45,041 nt of DNA. It comes from Actinomycetota bacterium. Lineage in GTDB: Bacteria; Actinomycetota; Actinomycetes; Nanopelagicales; Nanopelagicaceae. Both the position numbers and the translations under genes were made by a program. The notes below the pieces were generated by a model. That model was not told where the DNA came from and did no database searches. It worked only from the letters and a program-made list of their open reading frames with translations. Shown piece by piece: positions 19,159 to 27,919 of this stretch. The stretch covers positions 1 through 45,041 of the forward strand of contig RFSC01000001.1 of the NCBI GenBank assembly GCA_009924185.1, given 5' to 3'. Within the stretch, counting starts at the first letter, position 1; each line of letters opens with the position of its first letter.

Positions 19159-20088
19159 TTATCCTTTAACAGAACCCGCCAATAATCCCCGCACAAAATA
19201 CCGTTGTAAGGCGAAGAAGACCGCAACCGGAACAAGGATAGATACAAATGCGCCAGCGGTTAGAAGCTCCCAATCCCCGCCTCGAGTTCCAGTCATCTCA
19301 GCCAATCTGACCATGAGAGGCGCAATCTCTCTTTTGCCGCCACCAAATGTCAATGCAACTAACAGATCATTCCAGACCCATAGGAATTGGAAAATGGCAA
19401 ATGATGCGATGGCTGGAATACTCAATGGCAAAACAATCTGTCGGAAAAGTTTGAAGTAATCCGCTCCATCAACGCGAGCAGCCTCTATTAGCTCGCGAGG
19501 CAATTGAGCGATGAAGTTATGAAGTAAGAAAATCGCTAATGGAAGACCGAACATTGTGTGCGCCAACCAGATTGGAATAAAGGTTCCGGTTATGCCAAAG
19601 CTTGGTATCACCGTTACGGAACCAATGTGTAATCCACCAGAAAACAGCTGCAGCAGTGGAATTAGTGACATCTGAAGTGGAATCACCTGCAAGGCAAAAA
19701 TTGAGAAAAATATGAAGTTGCGTCCCTTGAAGTCAAACCAGGCAATCGCATAAGCCGCGAAAATCGCGATAGTGATTGGGATGATTGTCGAGGGAACAAC
19801 TATGGCGAAGGTATTCAAGAAATACTGGCTTAAGGGTGGCGTAGCTCCCCTGCCCTCGAAAAGAACCCGTGAATAGTTCTCTAAGGTGAACTCTGGCTTA
19901 GTAATTGTTGTCCACCAGCCCGAGGTGTTTATGCCGGTACTCGGCCTAAAAGAAGTGACAAACAAACCAAAGGTAGGAATGGTCCAAAGAGTTGCTAACA
20001 AGATTGCAGCAAAACTTGCCCAAGGGCTCGATAAATGGGTCTTAACAGTTTCGATATCTCTTGCCTTGTTCCGCTTCAAAATCTTCAT
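19159..20088 (-). CDS. carbohydrate ABC transporter permease (MalG/AglG-like)
   Basis: Six predicted TM helices and the EAA loop EAARVDGADYFKLFRQIVLPL. TAATG overlap with the upstream permease. Confidence 0.9.
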   Translation of the reverse strand: MKILKRNKARDIETVKTHLSSPWASFAAILLATLWTIPTFGLFVTSFRPSTGINTSGWWTTITKPEFTLENYSRVLFEGRGATPPLSQYFLNTFAIVVPSTIIPITIAIFAAYAIAWFDFKGRNFIFFSIFALQVIPLQMSLIPLLQLFSGGLHIGSVTVIPSFGITGTFIPIWLAHTMFGLPLAIFLLHNFIAQLPRELIEAARVDGADYFKLFRQIVLPLSIPAIASFAIFQFLWVWNDLLVALTFGGGKREIAPLMVRLAEMTGTRGGDWELLTAGAFVSILVPVAVFFALQRYFVRGLLAGSVKG

Positions 20089-21089
20089 TATCGCTCCGCT
20101 CTTTCTCTACGCAGATGGATAACGTTGTAAATCACCAGTGGCAAGATGCCGATAAACAAAATAATCGCCAGCGCGCTTCCGGTTCCATAATTTAGCGCCC
20201 TAAACGACTGGTTATACATCTCATTGGCGATAACACTGGTTTTGAAGTTGCCGCCAGTCATAGTTCGAATGATGTCGAATACCTTTAGTGCGCCAATAGT
20301 TATGGTGCTCAAAACAACGATGATGGTGCCTCGAATCATGGGCACAGTGACTTTGCTAAAGCGCTTCCAGCCACTGGCTCCGTCAAGCATTGAGGCTTCT
20401 AATATTTCATCAGGAATTGCCTTTATTGCAGCGGACAGAACCACCATTGCAAAACCAGTTTGAATCCAAACAAAGACAATGATGAGCAGGAAGGTATTGA
20501 GCGGGGAGGTCAAGATCCAGTTAGTGGGAACAAAACCTAACCACTCCGCAATCTGGCTAAGTAACCCAATTTCTGCCACCCGATCATTGGGTTGAAATTG
20601 ATAGACGAACTTCCAGATGATTCCTGCACCCACAAATGAAATAGCCATCGGCATAAATATCAGCGATTTCACTAGCCCGGGACGGCGCATTCGATCAGTT
20701 AAAACCGCAATCGTTAAACCAAAACCAGTAGATGCCAAAGGCGCTACAACCATCCAGATTCCGGTATTTTTCAAAACCTCTAAGATTTCAGGTTGTGTAA
20801 AGGCCCATTGGTAATTCTCCCACCCTACAAAATTCTCTCCTCTAGCGTCACGAAATGAGAGGTAAAGAGTTCTAAATGCTGGGCCGATTAAACCAATGAA
20901 CAAAAAGATTAATGCCGGCGTTAGGAATATTAGGTACTTAACATACCGTTGAATTTTCTCAGAGGTGCGCTCGGCGAGCCAGAATGCAGCGGCGACAAGT
21001 AAGGCAAAGACAAGAACAGTTAAAACCAGGCCAATCAACTTTGAAAATGCTTGCTCGAGTTGGGTTTGCCGCGCTGCTATTTCAAGCAT
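20088..21089 (-). CDS. carbohydrate ABC transporter permease (MalF/AglF-like)
   Basis: EAA loop EASMLDGASGWKRFSKVTVPM. The ATG at 21089 has an AGGAG SD 5 nt upstream; the track GTG at 21095 lies inside that SD. Confidence 0.9.
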   Translation of the reverse strand: MLEIAARQTQLEQAFSKLIGLVLTVLVFALLVAAAFWLAERTSEKIQRYVKYLIFLTPALIFLFIGLIGPAFRTLYLSFRDARGENFVGWENYQWAFTQPEILEVLKNTGIWMVVAPLASTGFGLTIAVLTDRMRRPGLVKSLIFMPMAISFVGAGIIWKFVYQFQPNDRVAEIGLLSQIAEWLGFVPTNWILTSPLNTFLLIIVFVWIQTGFAMVVLSAAIKAIPDEILEASMLDGASGWKRFSKVTVPMIRGTIIVVLSTITIGALKVFDIIRTMTGGNFKTSVIANEMYNQSFRALNYGTGSALAIILFIGILPLVIYNVIHLRRERAER

Positions 21090-21190
21090 TCCCACTCCTT
21101 CTTTAACTCCACTTTATTAAGTTCCACTCTGCAAATTTTTTCAAAATTTCTTTAACCCCAAGAATCTCTCTGGGAGAAATCTACTTTGCA

Positions 21191-21224
21191 AAAGAGGTGC
21201 GGTGTAAAAACACCGCACCTCTTT
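21191..21224 (-). terminator. strong intercistronic hairpin (14-bp perfect stem, 6-nt loop) after the binding-protein gene; probable attenuator or mRNA stabiliser
   Basis: AAAGAGGTGCGGTG-TAAAAA-CACCGCACCTCTTT. On the minus strand the stem runs into CTCTTTTGC, which gives only a short U tract. Confidence 0.5.
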
Positions 21225-21264
21225 CTAAGCTAGCTAATCAACTTCTTGGTTGATTCTCTAATCT

Positions 21265-22617
21265 TTAGGACTTCGGCCATGACTTCTCGATTGCATCGAG
21301 AACAGCCTTGTCGGACTTATTCTCAGCAACCCAAGCGGTCATTTCCTTCCAGAATGAACCAGCACCAACTGCAGCTGGCATCGCATCTGAGCCATCAAAA
21401 CGGAATGTTGTTGCACTCTTTAGAATTTCAACAGCATTCTTGTTTACAGGATCAGCAACATTTGCAACATCAAGACCCTTGTTAGCTGAGAACCAGCCAC
21501 CAAGTGCAGCCTTCTTGTTGTTCCACTCTGGAGATGTGAGGTATAGCTGTACAGCCTTTACCTCTCCACGATCAGCGAATGCGCCAACGAACTCGCCGCC
21601 ACCTAGGGCAGGACGCTGGTCAGCTGTTACACCTGGGAAGTAGAAGGTGGTAATTCCGCCCTCTACATCAGTGTCTTCTGGGGTAACAATCGTGGCGTTG
21701 TAGTCAGCGGCAAGAATTCCGCCAATGAATGAGGCTTGACGGTGCATTGCGCATGATCCGTCAACAAGTCCAGCTCCACCTTCTTGGAAGGTTGTTGTAG
21801 CAATAGCTGAAACATTACCTACATACTTTGGATTCTTTAGAATCTTTCCTGCTTCCTTCAATACTGCTGCAACCTTTGGATCATTGAATGGAATGGTGTG
21901 ATTTACCCATGCATCATAGGTAGCTGCATCGTTAACACGAAGCATCAAATCTTCCATCCAGTCAGTTCCAACCCAACCTGTTGCATCGCCAGAGCCGAAA
22001 CCGACGCACCATGGCTGAACTTTGCCTTCAGATGCAATCTTGTCGGAAAGGGCTAGTAGCTCGCTCCAAGTTGTTGGAATTGTCCAACCGTTGTCAGCAA
22101 AAGTCTTTGGTGAGTACCAAACGAATGACTTAACGTTTGCACCTAGTGGCGCGGCATAGAAGGTTCCATCAACGGTTCCGTATGCCTTCCAATCTGCGCC
22201 GTAATATTCATCAGCAGCTGCAGATACTTCATCAGAAGCAGCAACCATCTTTCCGGTTGCCACCATTGCCTTTAGTAAACCTGGCTGTGGGAATACAGCT
22301 AGATCAGGTGCGGTACCGCCTTCAACACGGACTGGAAGTTGAGCTTCAAACTCTGCAGTTCCATTCCAGTTGATGGTAATTCCGGTGCACTCTTCAAACT
22401 CAGCAAAAGATTCCTGATAAATCTCTGCCTCTGGGCTGCGGATTGAAGAATAAATTTCAACCTCAGTTCCCTCATGTCCCTGATATGCCTCATACGCATC
22501 GCAGTTAGCTCCACCAGCAGAGTCATCTGAACTTGAACATCCGCTAAGAATTAGAGTCAACGCAGCAAAGGCTGATGTCGCCAAAACAAATCGACGACGC
22601 CGCAAAGTTGCGGTCAT
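21265..22617 (-). CDS. ABC transporter extracellular sugar-binding lipoprotein (alpha-glucoside/maltose type)
   Basis: The signal peptide MTATLRRRRFVLATSAFAALTLILSGCSS combines a twin-arginine-like motif with the lipobox LSGC. The 450-aa family-1 SBP has an AAGGGGA SD. Confidence 0.85.
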   Translation of the reverse strand: MTATLRRRRFVLATSAFAALTLILSGCSSSDDSAGGANCDAYEAYQGHEGTEVEIYSSIRSPEAEIYQESFAEFEECTGITINWNGTAEFEAQLPVRVEGGTAPDLAVFPQPGLLKAMVATGKMVAASDEVSAAADEYYGADWKAYGTVDGTFYAAPLGANVKSFVWYSPKTFADNGWTIPTTWSELLALSDKIASEGKVQPWCVGFGSGDATGWVGTDWMEDLMLRVNDAATYDAWVNHTIPFNDPKVAAVLKEAGKILKNPKYVGNVSAIATTTFQEGGAGLVDGSCAMHRQASFIGGILAADYNATIVTPEDTDVEGGITTFYFPGVTADQRPALGGGEFVGAFADRGEVKAVQLYLTSPEWNNKKAALGGWFSANKGLDVANVADPVNKNAVEILKSATTFRFDGSDAMPAAVGAGSFWKEMTAWVAENKSDKAVLDAIEKSWPKS

Positions 22618-22754
22618 ATAGTTTTCCCCTTTCGAAAGGACTATAAAAATCCCCAGATCGCTCTGAGGAATCCCGCACAGTCTTCTCCCAGCCCGGGGTT
22701 AGGGCAAGGGCTTGCCCATGTAAAAAAACTGCAAATGACTAACAGTTTGGTTAA

Positions 22755-22770
22755 CTAAAAACGTTTTCAG
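22755..22770. promoter_or_regulatory. LacI-family operator-like palindrome CTAAAAACGTTTTCAG
   Basis: 14 of 16 positions are symmetric around a central CG and the AAAACGTTTT core is perfect. It resembles the generic LacI/CcpA-type TGAAANCGNTTTCA operator. It lies about 140 nt upstream of the binding-protein gene. Confidence 0.5.
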
Positions 22771-22787
22771 CGAGCTAAAAGGGCCCC

Positions 22788-24467
22788 CTACTTGAGCCGC
22801 TTAACCCAGGTTGTGCTGTGTGGAGGCAGCTGCAGGGTCCCTTCCCCGGACCTGCCCAACTGCTCCTGGGGGGCTGAGCAGATCATGACCTCGAAAGAAT
22901 CAAAAGTCTCTGGAAGGGAGACTTGAAGCTCCTCTCCAGATGTATTGGAATAAATCGCGTACTCACTTCCTCGACTAAATCCAATAACTTCATTGCTGCG
23001 AATCAGCCAGTTGAAATTTGAATCGGCAAAGAGTTTTCTTAGTTGGAGAGATTTTTGATAAAGTCGCAAAAATGAGAGGCGGTTTTCTTCATTAAGCATT
23101 TTTTGCGCTTCAACTGATTTATCAATCCAATTAGCTGGGATTGGTAACCATGGCTTCCCAGAGGTGAATCCAAAATTATTTTGCTCGGAGTTCCAAGGTA
23201 GAGGAACTCTTGCACCATCTCTTCCTTTATCTACCCCTTTAGTTCTAAAGAAAACAGGATCTTGTCGATCAGCATCTGATAACGGTGCATCTGGCAGCCC
23301 TAACTCCTCACCTTGGAAAACATAAACCCCACCAGGTAGGGCATGAGTCAAAAGTGCAATGGCGCGTGCCTTCTTTTCTCCCAACTCTCCCCCACCCATC
23401 CGGGAAACCAATCGAGGTGAGTCATGATTGGAAAGCACCCAGGTAGGCGGCGCTGAAACTGCAGCAACCTCTTGCAAAGTTTTCTCTACAGCATTGGCCA
23501 AGAACTTCGCATCCCATTCGGCAATCAAAAAATCAAAGTTGAAAATCTGGTGTAGTTCATCTGGTCTTACATAAAGCGTTGCTCTAGAACTGGGATGAAC
23601 CCAAGCCTCTGCAACACTCATCCGATCCCCGGGATAAGAGTCAAAAATCTTGCGCCAATTGCGATAAATCTCATGGACACCATCGCGATCAAAAAACGGC
23701 ACATCAGAGAGCAGTGATTCTCTTTGCTCTCGTGGCATATCACTAACATCGAGTCGCAAAGCACGGGTTAGGCCTTCAGGATCTCGATGATCTTGCAATA
23801 TCTCATCTTTAACTAAGCCATGTGCCACATCAATCCGGAAACCATCTACCCCTTTATCGAGCCAGAATCGCAAAGTTTCCTCAAAATCTTTATGTACTTC
23901 CTCATTGGTCCAATTTAGATCCGCTTGGGTTGAATCAAATAAATGTAGATACCATTGACCAGGTTGCCCATCAGAATCTGTAACTCGACTCCAAGCTGGG
24001 CCTCCAAATATGGAACACCAATTATTTGGTGGAATCGCTCCATCCTCACCTCGTCCATCGAAGAAGTGAAAACGGGCCCGCTCTTTGGAGCCAGGTTCGG
24101 AATCTAGCGCTGCTTTAAACCAGATGTGTTCTGTAGAAAAATGATTGGGAACAATATCTACGATAACCCGTAATCCAACTTTATGTGCCTCTTCAATTAG
24201 TGAAACTGCATCTGACATATCTCCGAACCTTGGATCTACATCTCGTGGGTTTGAGACATCGTAACCACCATCTTTGTTTGGCGATGTGTAGAAAGGGCTC
24301 AACCAGATTGCGTCAACGCCCAGCTCTTTTAGATATGACAAACGGGAGATAACTCCAGGCAAATCCCCCTCACCATCTCCATTTAGATCTTGAAAAGATC
24401 TTGGGTAGATCTGATAAATCGCAGCTTCTTGCCACCACAGGCTCGCCTGTCCATTTTTCAAATACAT
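22788..24467 (-). CDS. GH13 alpha-glucosidase / oligo-1,6-glucosidase
   Basis: GH13 conserved regions are present: VDIVPNH, GVDGFRIDVAHG, FQGEELG, SNHDSPR. The N terminus WWQEAAIYQIYPRSF is typical of the oligo-1,6-glucosidase subfamily. Confidence 0.9.
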   Translation of the reverse strand: MYLKNGQASLWWQEAAIYQIYPRSFQDLNGDGEGDLPGVISRLSYLKELGVDAIWLSPFYTSPNKDGGYDVSNPRDVDPRFGDMSDAVSLIEEAHKVGLRVIVDIVPNHFSTEHIWFKAALDSEPGSKERARFHFFDGRGEDGAIPPNNWCSIFGGPAWSRVTDSDGQPGQWYLHLFDSTQADLNWTNEEVHKDFEETLRFWLDKGVDGFRIDVAHGLVKDEILQDHRDPEGLTRALRLDVSDMPREQRESLLSDVPFFDRDGVHEIYRNWRKIFDSYPGDRMSVAEAWVHPSSRATLYVRPDELHQIFNFDFLIAEWDAKFLANAVEKTLQEVAAVSAPPTWVLSNHDSPRLVSRMGGGELGEKKARAIALLTHALPGGVYVFQGEELGLPDAPLSDADRQDPVFFRTKGVDKGRDGARVPLPWNSEQNNFGFTSGKPWLPIPANWIDKSVEAQKMLNEENRLSFLRLYQKSLQLRKLFADSNFNWLIRSNEVIGFSRGSEYAIYSNTSGEELQVSLPETFDSFEVMICSAPQEQLGRSGEGTLQLPPHSTTWVKRLK

Positions 24468-24477
24468 AATTAAGAAA

Positions 24478-25494
24478 TTAGCTTTCTAAACGCCGGGTTG
24501 AACTTCTAACAACCAATGTAGTTGGCAAAGTTAAGGAGTGAGATTCACTCTTGGGGGATTTCAACCGCTCCATAATCGACCAAGCCGCCATTTCACCCAT
24601 TAACTGAACTGGTTGTTCGATGGTTGTTAAATCTGAAAACTCCGCCATTTCATGGCCATCAAAACCAATTATTGAGATGTCATCCGGCACCTTTAGGCCA
24701 TTTCTACGAATTGCCTGTAGTGCTCCAAGTGCCATTTCATCAGATTGCGCAAAGATTGCTGTAGGTCGATCTGGGCGCGCCAACAAATCATCCATAGCTC
24801 TGCTAGCACCATGCATAGTGAAATCGCCATAAACCTCACGGGATGGTTTCCACTCCAGACCGCTTTCAGCTAAAACCTGCATGAAGCCATTTCTGCGATC
24901 CTGCGGAACGCTAAATCCAAAGGGGTCATCCGGACGCCCAGAGATCAAACCAATTTTTTTGTGACCAAGGTTTACCAAGTGCTGGGTTGCGGTTCTGGCT
25001 CCAGCGACATCATCAATTGCAACACTAGAACATTGAGCATGGTGCATTCCTACCAAGGCGATGGGAATACCTAATCCCAACATCGATTCAAACTCTTCTT
25101 CGGTTGGAGGCAAACTAATAACTACTAAAGCGTCTACACGTCCCTTTAACAATTGATGTTGAAATAACCTCTCCCTGCCCTTCATTTGAGAGAAGTTGTA
25201 AAGCAATAGATCAAGGCCAGCTTCACGTAATGCCTGTTCAGCGCCGTTAATGACCTGTGCAAAGTACCAACGGGAAATATATGGAGCTACAACTCCAACT
25301 GAGTTGGTGCGGCCAAAGATAGATTTTGCACTTGCTTGTGGGATTGCGTAATTTAATTTTTCTGCCGCATCCAAGATCTTGTTCCGGGTCTCTGGATTTA
25401 CATGATGTAGACCCCTTAAGGCACGAGAAACTGTTGCGATTGAAACCCCGGCTTCGGCCGCTACCTCTTTGATGCCAACTTTGCCGCTGTTCAT
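24478..25494 (-). CDS. LacI-family transcriptional regulator
   Basis: The HTH IKEVAAEAGVSIATVSRAL is followed by a periplasmic-binding-protein-like sugar-binding domain. GGGGGTGA SD. Confidence 0.9.
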   Translation of the reverse strand: MNSGKVGIKEVAAEAGVSIATVSRALRGLHHVNPETRNKILDAAEKLNYAIPQASAKSIFGRTNSVGVVAPYISRWYFAQVINGAEQALREAGLDLLLYNFSQMKGRERLFQHQLLKGRVDALVVISLPPTEEEFESMLGLGIPIALVGMHHAQCSSVAIDDVAGARTATQHLVNLGHKKIGLISGRPDDPFGFSVPQDRRNGFMQVLAESGLEWKPSREVYGDFTMHGASRAMDDLLARPDRPTAIFAQSDEMALGALQAIRRNGLKVPDDISIIGFDGHEMAEFSDLTTIEQPVQLMGEMAAWSIMERLKSPKSESHSLTLPTTLVVRSSTRRLES

Positions 25495-25513
25495 CGCTCA
25501 CCCCCCATCCCTG

Positions 25514-25525
25514 AAAATGCATTTT
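25514..25525. promoter_or_regulatory. 12-bp perfect palindrome AAAATGCATTTT just upstream of the LacI-family gene (possible autoregulatory site)
   Basis: Read directly. It lies 20-31 nt upstream of the ATG at 25494. The centre is TGCA rather than the usual CG, so assignment to the LacI protein is uncertain. Confidence 0.3.
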
Positions 25526-25620
25526 TTGGCTCTGCAAAAAGCTGTAAGTGGCTAAAAATAGAGTGCAAAACTGAAAATGACTAGAGGTTTCCAGAAAATC
25601 ACGCTGCTAGCCTGCGGTTT

Positions 25621-26301
25621 ATGTCCCAGACCCTTCCTAGCGCACGGAAAATCGCCTCCCACATAATCGAGATCAACCCCAGATTTGAAGTTGTTATCGA
25701 GCGGGCCGGGTTCTGCACAATTGGTGCCAGAGCCGACAAAGGTTCAATTGTCAGCAGCGGTAACTCCAATAAAAGACGGGAATCAAACTTTTCCTCACTT
25801 GCATCATCAATTCTCTCTCAGCAACTTTCCACAAAAGCAGCGGCCACAATAATCAACCGTGTTGAACAACTATGTGGTGGAACTTTGCAAGCTAAAAAAC
25901 TGGCCACAATATCTCCCGATAAATTGCGTGCGGCAGGTTGCTCCAATTCAAAAGCTCGGGCGGTAAAGGAGTTAGCCAGAGCCAGCACCGGTAATCAAAT
26001 CCCCATGAAAAACCTGCATCGCTTAGGTGATGAGGAAATCATGCAACATCTTTTGCCAATGTACGGAATAGGTCAATGGACAGTTGAGATGTTTTTGATG
26101 TTCCAATTGGAAAGAGTTGATGTTTGGCCGGTAGGAGACCTAGGAGTTAGAAGAGGTTGGGAAAAGGTAAATCGGATGCGCAGCGAAATCACCCCTGCAG
26201 CCTTAGTCAAGCTTGGAGAACCCTTCGCTCCATATCGCAGTCATGTTGCTTGGTACTGCTGGCGGGCAAATGAGGTTTTGACTTCAAAAAGCAGCAAGTG
26301 A
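25621..26301 (+). CDS. HhH-GPD DNA glycosylase, AlkA-like DNA-3-methyladenine glycosylase II (short form)
   Basis: Helix-hairpin-helix segment MYGIGQWTVEMFLMF and the catalytic Asp context VWPVGDLGVRRG. Confidence 0.75.
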   Translation: MSQTLPSARKIASHIIEINPRFEVVIERAGFCTIGARADKGSIVSSGNSNKRRESNFSSLASSILSQQLSTKAAATIINRVEQLCGGTLQAKKLATISPDKLRAAGCSNSKARAVKELARASTGNQIPMKNLHRLGDEEIMQHLLPMYGIGQWTVEMFLMFQLERVDVWPVGDLGVRRGWEKVNRMRSEITPAALVKLGEPFAPYRSHVAWYCWRANEVLTSKSSK

Positions 26302-26307
26302 GGCTTG

Positions 26308-26763
26308 CTATTTACCTTTAGGCTCCAAAACCAGCGCAACTGAGTTGATGCACCAACGCTGATCAGTTGGAACTGCATACCCCTCACCTTCGAAAACATG
26401 GCCTAAATGCGAACCGCAAGCAGCGCAGCGCACCTCAGTACGGATTCTTGGTGCCAGAGAGCGATCCTCCAGAAGGATTACCGCATCATCCTTTGTTGGT
26501 GCATAAAAAGAGGGCCAGCCACAGCCTGAGTGAAACTTTTCATCACTTCTAAACAGCTCAGCGTTACAAGCCTTGCATTTGTAAACACCAATGGTTTCAG
26601 TTTCATAATACTTGCCGGTAAAGGCAACTTCAGTTCCAGCTTTTCGTAATACCTCGAATGATAAGGAATCTAACTCCTGCTCCAGCTTTGCATCATCGAC
26701 TTGAACGGGAAATGGCTTGCCGGTTAGCGGGTTAATCTTTGGCAAATCTGAGCCTGGCTGCAT
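26308..26763 (-). CDS. msrB: peptide-methionine (R)-S-oxide reductase
   Basis: Two CxxC zinc pairs (CKACNAELF, RCAACGSHLGHVF), the GWPSF motif and the catalytic C in RWCINS. Confidence 0.9.
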   Translation of the reverse strand: MQPGSDLPKINPLTGKPFPVQVDDAKLEQELDSLSFEVLRKAGTEVAFTGKYYETETIGVYKCKACNAELFRSDEKFHSGCGWPSFYAPTKDDAVILLEDRSLAPRIRTEVRCAACGSHLGHVFEGEGYAVPTDQRWCINSVALVLEPKGK

Positions 26764-26837
26764 ACTCTCTCTTTTCCTACTTATCTAATCTTGCAATCCG
26801 GATAGAACTTTACTTATTGCAAAAAATCACCTTTAAA

Positions 26838-27359
26838 TCACTTTGCTACTTTGGGAAATGGCACGCCGGTTGAGGAGTGGCAGTCGTAACCATTTGGATT
26901 TTTCTCCAAATACCTTTGGTGGTACTCCTCCGCCAACCAATAAGTGTGAGGTGCAGCATCTTGAATTTCAGTAACGATTTCGCCATAACCCAGCTTCTTC
27001 AACTCATCGTTGTACAGCTCGCGAGTGTTTATGGCGGCAATCATCTGCTCTTCGGTTGTAGTGAAGATTGCGCTGCGATACTGAGTGCCAATATCGCCAC
27101 CTTGCTTATTTAGTGAGGTTGGATCATGCATTGTCCAAAACTCTTCTAGCAATCTCTCGTAAGTTATTTGAGTTGGATCAAAAACTACTTCGACCATCTC
27201 AGCATGGTTTGTTGTTCCGGTACAAACCTGCTCATAACTTGGTGAGGGTCTAGTGCCCCCCATATAACCAACCGAAGTGGAAACCACTCCAGGCAGATTC
27301 CAGAATCTGCGCTCAGCGCCCCAGAAGCACCCGGTGGCAAAAAAGGCTTTCTGTGTCAT
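26838..27359 (-). CDS. msrA: peptide-methionine (S)-S-oxide reductase
   Basis: MTQKAFFATGCFWGAERRFW carries the GCFWG active site. I trimmed the 346-aa track ORF to the ATG at 27359, because the rest is antisense to tRNA-Arg and whiB1. Confidence 0.9.
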   Translation of the reverse strand: MTQKAFFATGCFWGAERRFWNLPGVVSTSVGYMGGTRPSPSYEQVCTGTTNHAEMVEVVFDPTQITYERLLEEFWTMHDPTSLNKQGGDIGTQYRSAIFTTTEEQMIAAINTRELYNDELKKLGYGEIVTEIQDAAPHTYWLAEEYHQRYLEKNPNGYDCHSSTGVPFPKVAK

Positions 27360-27404
27360 CTGCGAATCTTCGCATGAACAAACACTGATAATCTTGTCGA
27401 AAGC

Positions 27405-27476
27405 GCCCCCGTAGCTCAGGGGATAGAGCACCGCCCTCCGGAGGCGGGTGCACAGGTTCGAATCCTGTCGGGGGCA
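27405..27476 (+). tRNA. tRNA-Arg (anticodon CCG)
   Basis: Cloverleaf read by hand. Acceptor GCCCCCG/CGGGGGC; D arm GCTC-AGGGGATA-GAGC; anticodon arm CCGCC-CTCCGGA-GGCGG (CCG); T arm ACAGG-TTCGAAT-CCTGT; discriminator A. No CCA is encoded. Confidence 0.9.
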
Positions 27477-27591
27477 CTCAACAATGGCGTAATTCACCCT
27501 CAAAATTCTCAAATTTCCCTCGCAATCCCTTGAGTTAAAAAGTTTTGCGCGGGAGAATTGCGCAGTAATTAAGCCCATTCGGGCATCAAGC

Positions 27592-27603
27592 TCAAACGTT
27601 TGA
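27592..27603. promoter_or_regulatory. 12-bp perfect palindrome TCAAACGTTTGA upstream of whiB1
   Basis: Read directly. It lies 47-58 nt upstream of the whiB1 start and shares the AAACGTTT core with the 22755 operator-like site. Confidence 0.3.
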
Positions 27604-27649
27604 TTTCGTTGGCTTGCTGTCTGCTGTTCATGAAAGAGGACATATGACA

Positions 27650-27919
27650 ATGGATTGGCGTCATCGCTCTGCTTGCCGCGATGAGGATCCTGAGTTGTTC
27701 TTCCCAGTTGGAAATACTGGGCCGGCGATTGCACAGATTGAAGAAGCAAAGAAAGTTTGTGCACGCTGTGAAGTTCGTGAACCGTGTCTGCAGTGGGCGC
27801 TAGAGAGCGGTCAGGATTCTGGTGTTTGGGGCGGATTGTCTGAGGATGAAAGACGTGCCATGAAGCGACGTGCGGCAAGAAACCGCGCCCGCTTGATGGA
27901 GAATCAACTCAACGATTAA
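27650..27919 (+). CDS. whiB1: WhiB-family [4Fe-4S] transcription factor, WhiB1-type
   Basis: MDWRHRSACRDEDPELFFPVGNTGPAIAQIEEAKKVCARCEVREPCLQWALESGQDSGVWGGLSEDERR is near-identical in pattern to mycobacterial WhiB1. Synteny with the PdtaS-type kinase supports the call. The start is ATG 27650, with AGAGGA 9 nt upstream; ATG 27644 is possible. Confidence 0.9.
   Translation: MDWRHRSACRDEDPELFFPVGNTGPAIAQIEEAKKVCARCEVREPCLQWALESGQDSGVWGGLSEDERRAMKRRAARNRARLMENQLND

Noticed and set aside
27360-27650. tRNA-Arg as an integration hotspot or genomic island boundary
   Set aside because: There is no integrase, no visible repeat of the tRNA 3' end, and both flanks are core genes (msrA, whiB1).
26838-27878. 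346-aa minus-strand ORF in the track, spanning msrA, tRNA-Arg and whiB1
   Set aside because: Only the last 173 codons (from ATG 27359, GCFWG motif) are MsrA. The upstream part is open by chance, runs antisense through a well-formed tRNA-Arg and through whiB1, and looks low-complexity and non-protein-like.
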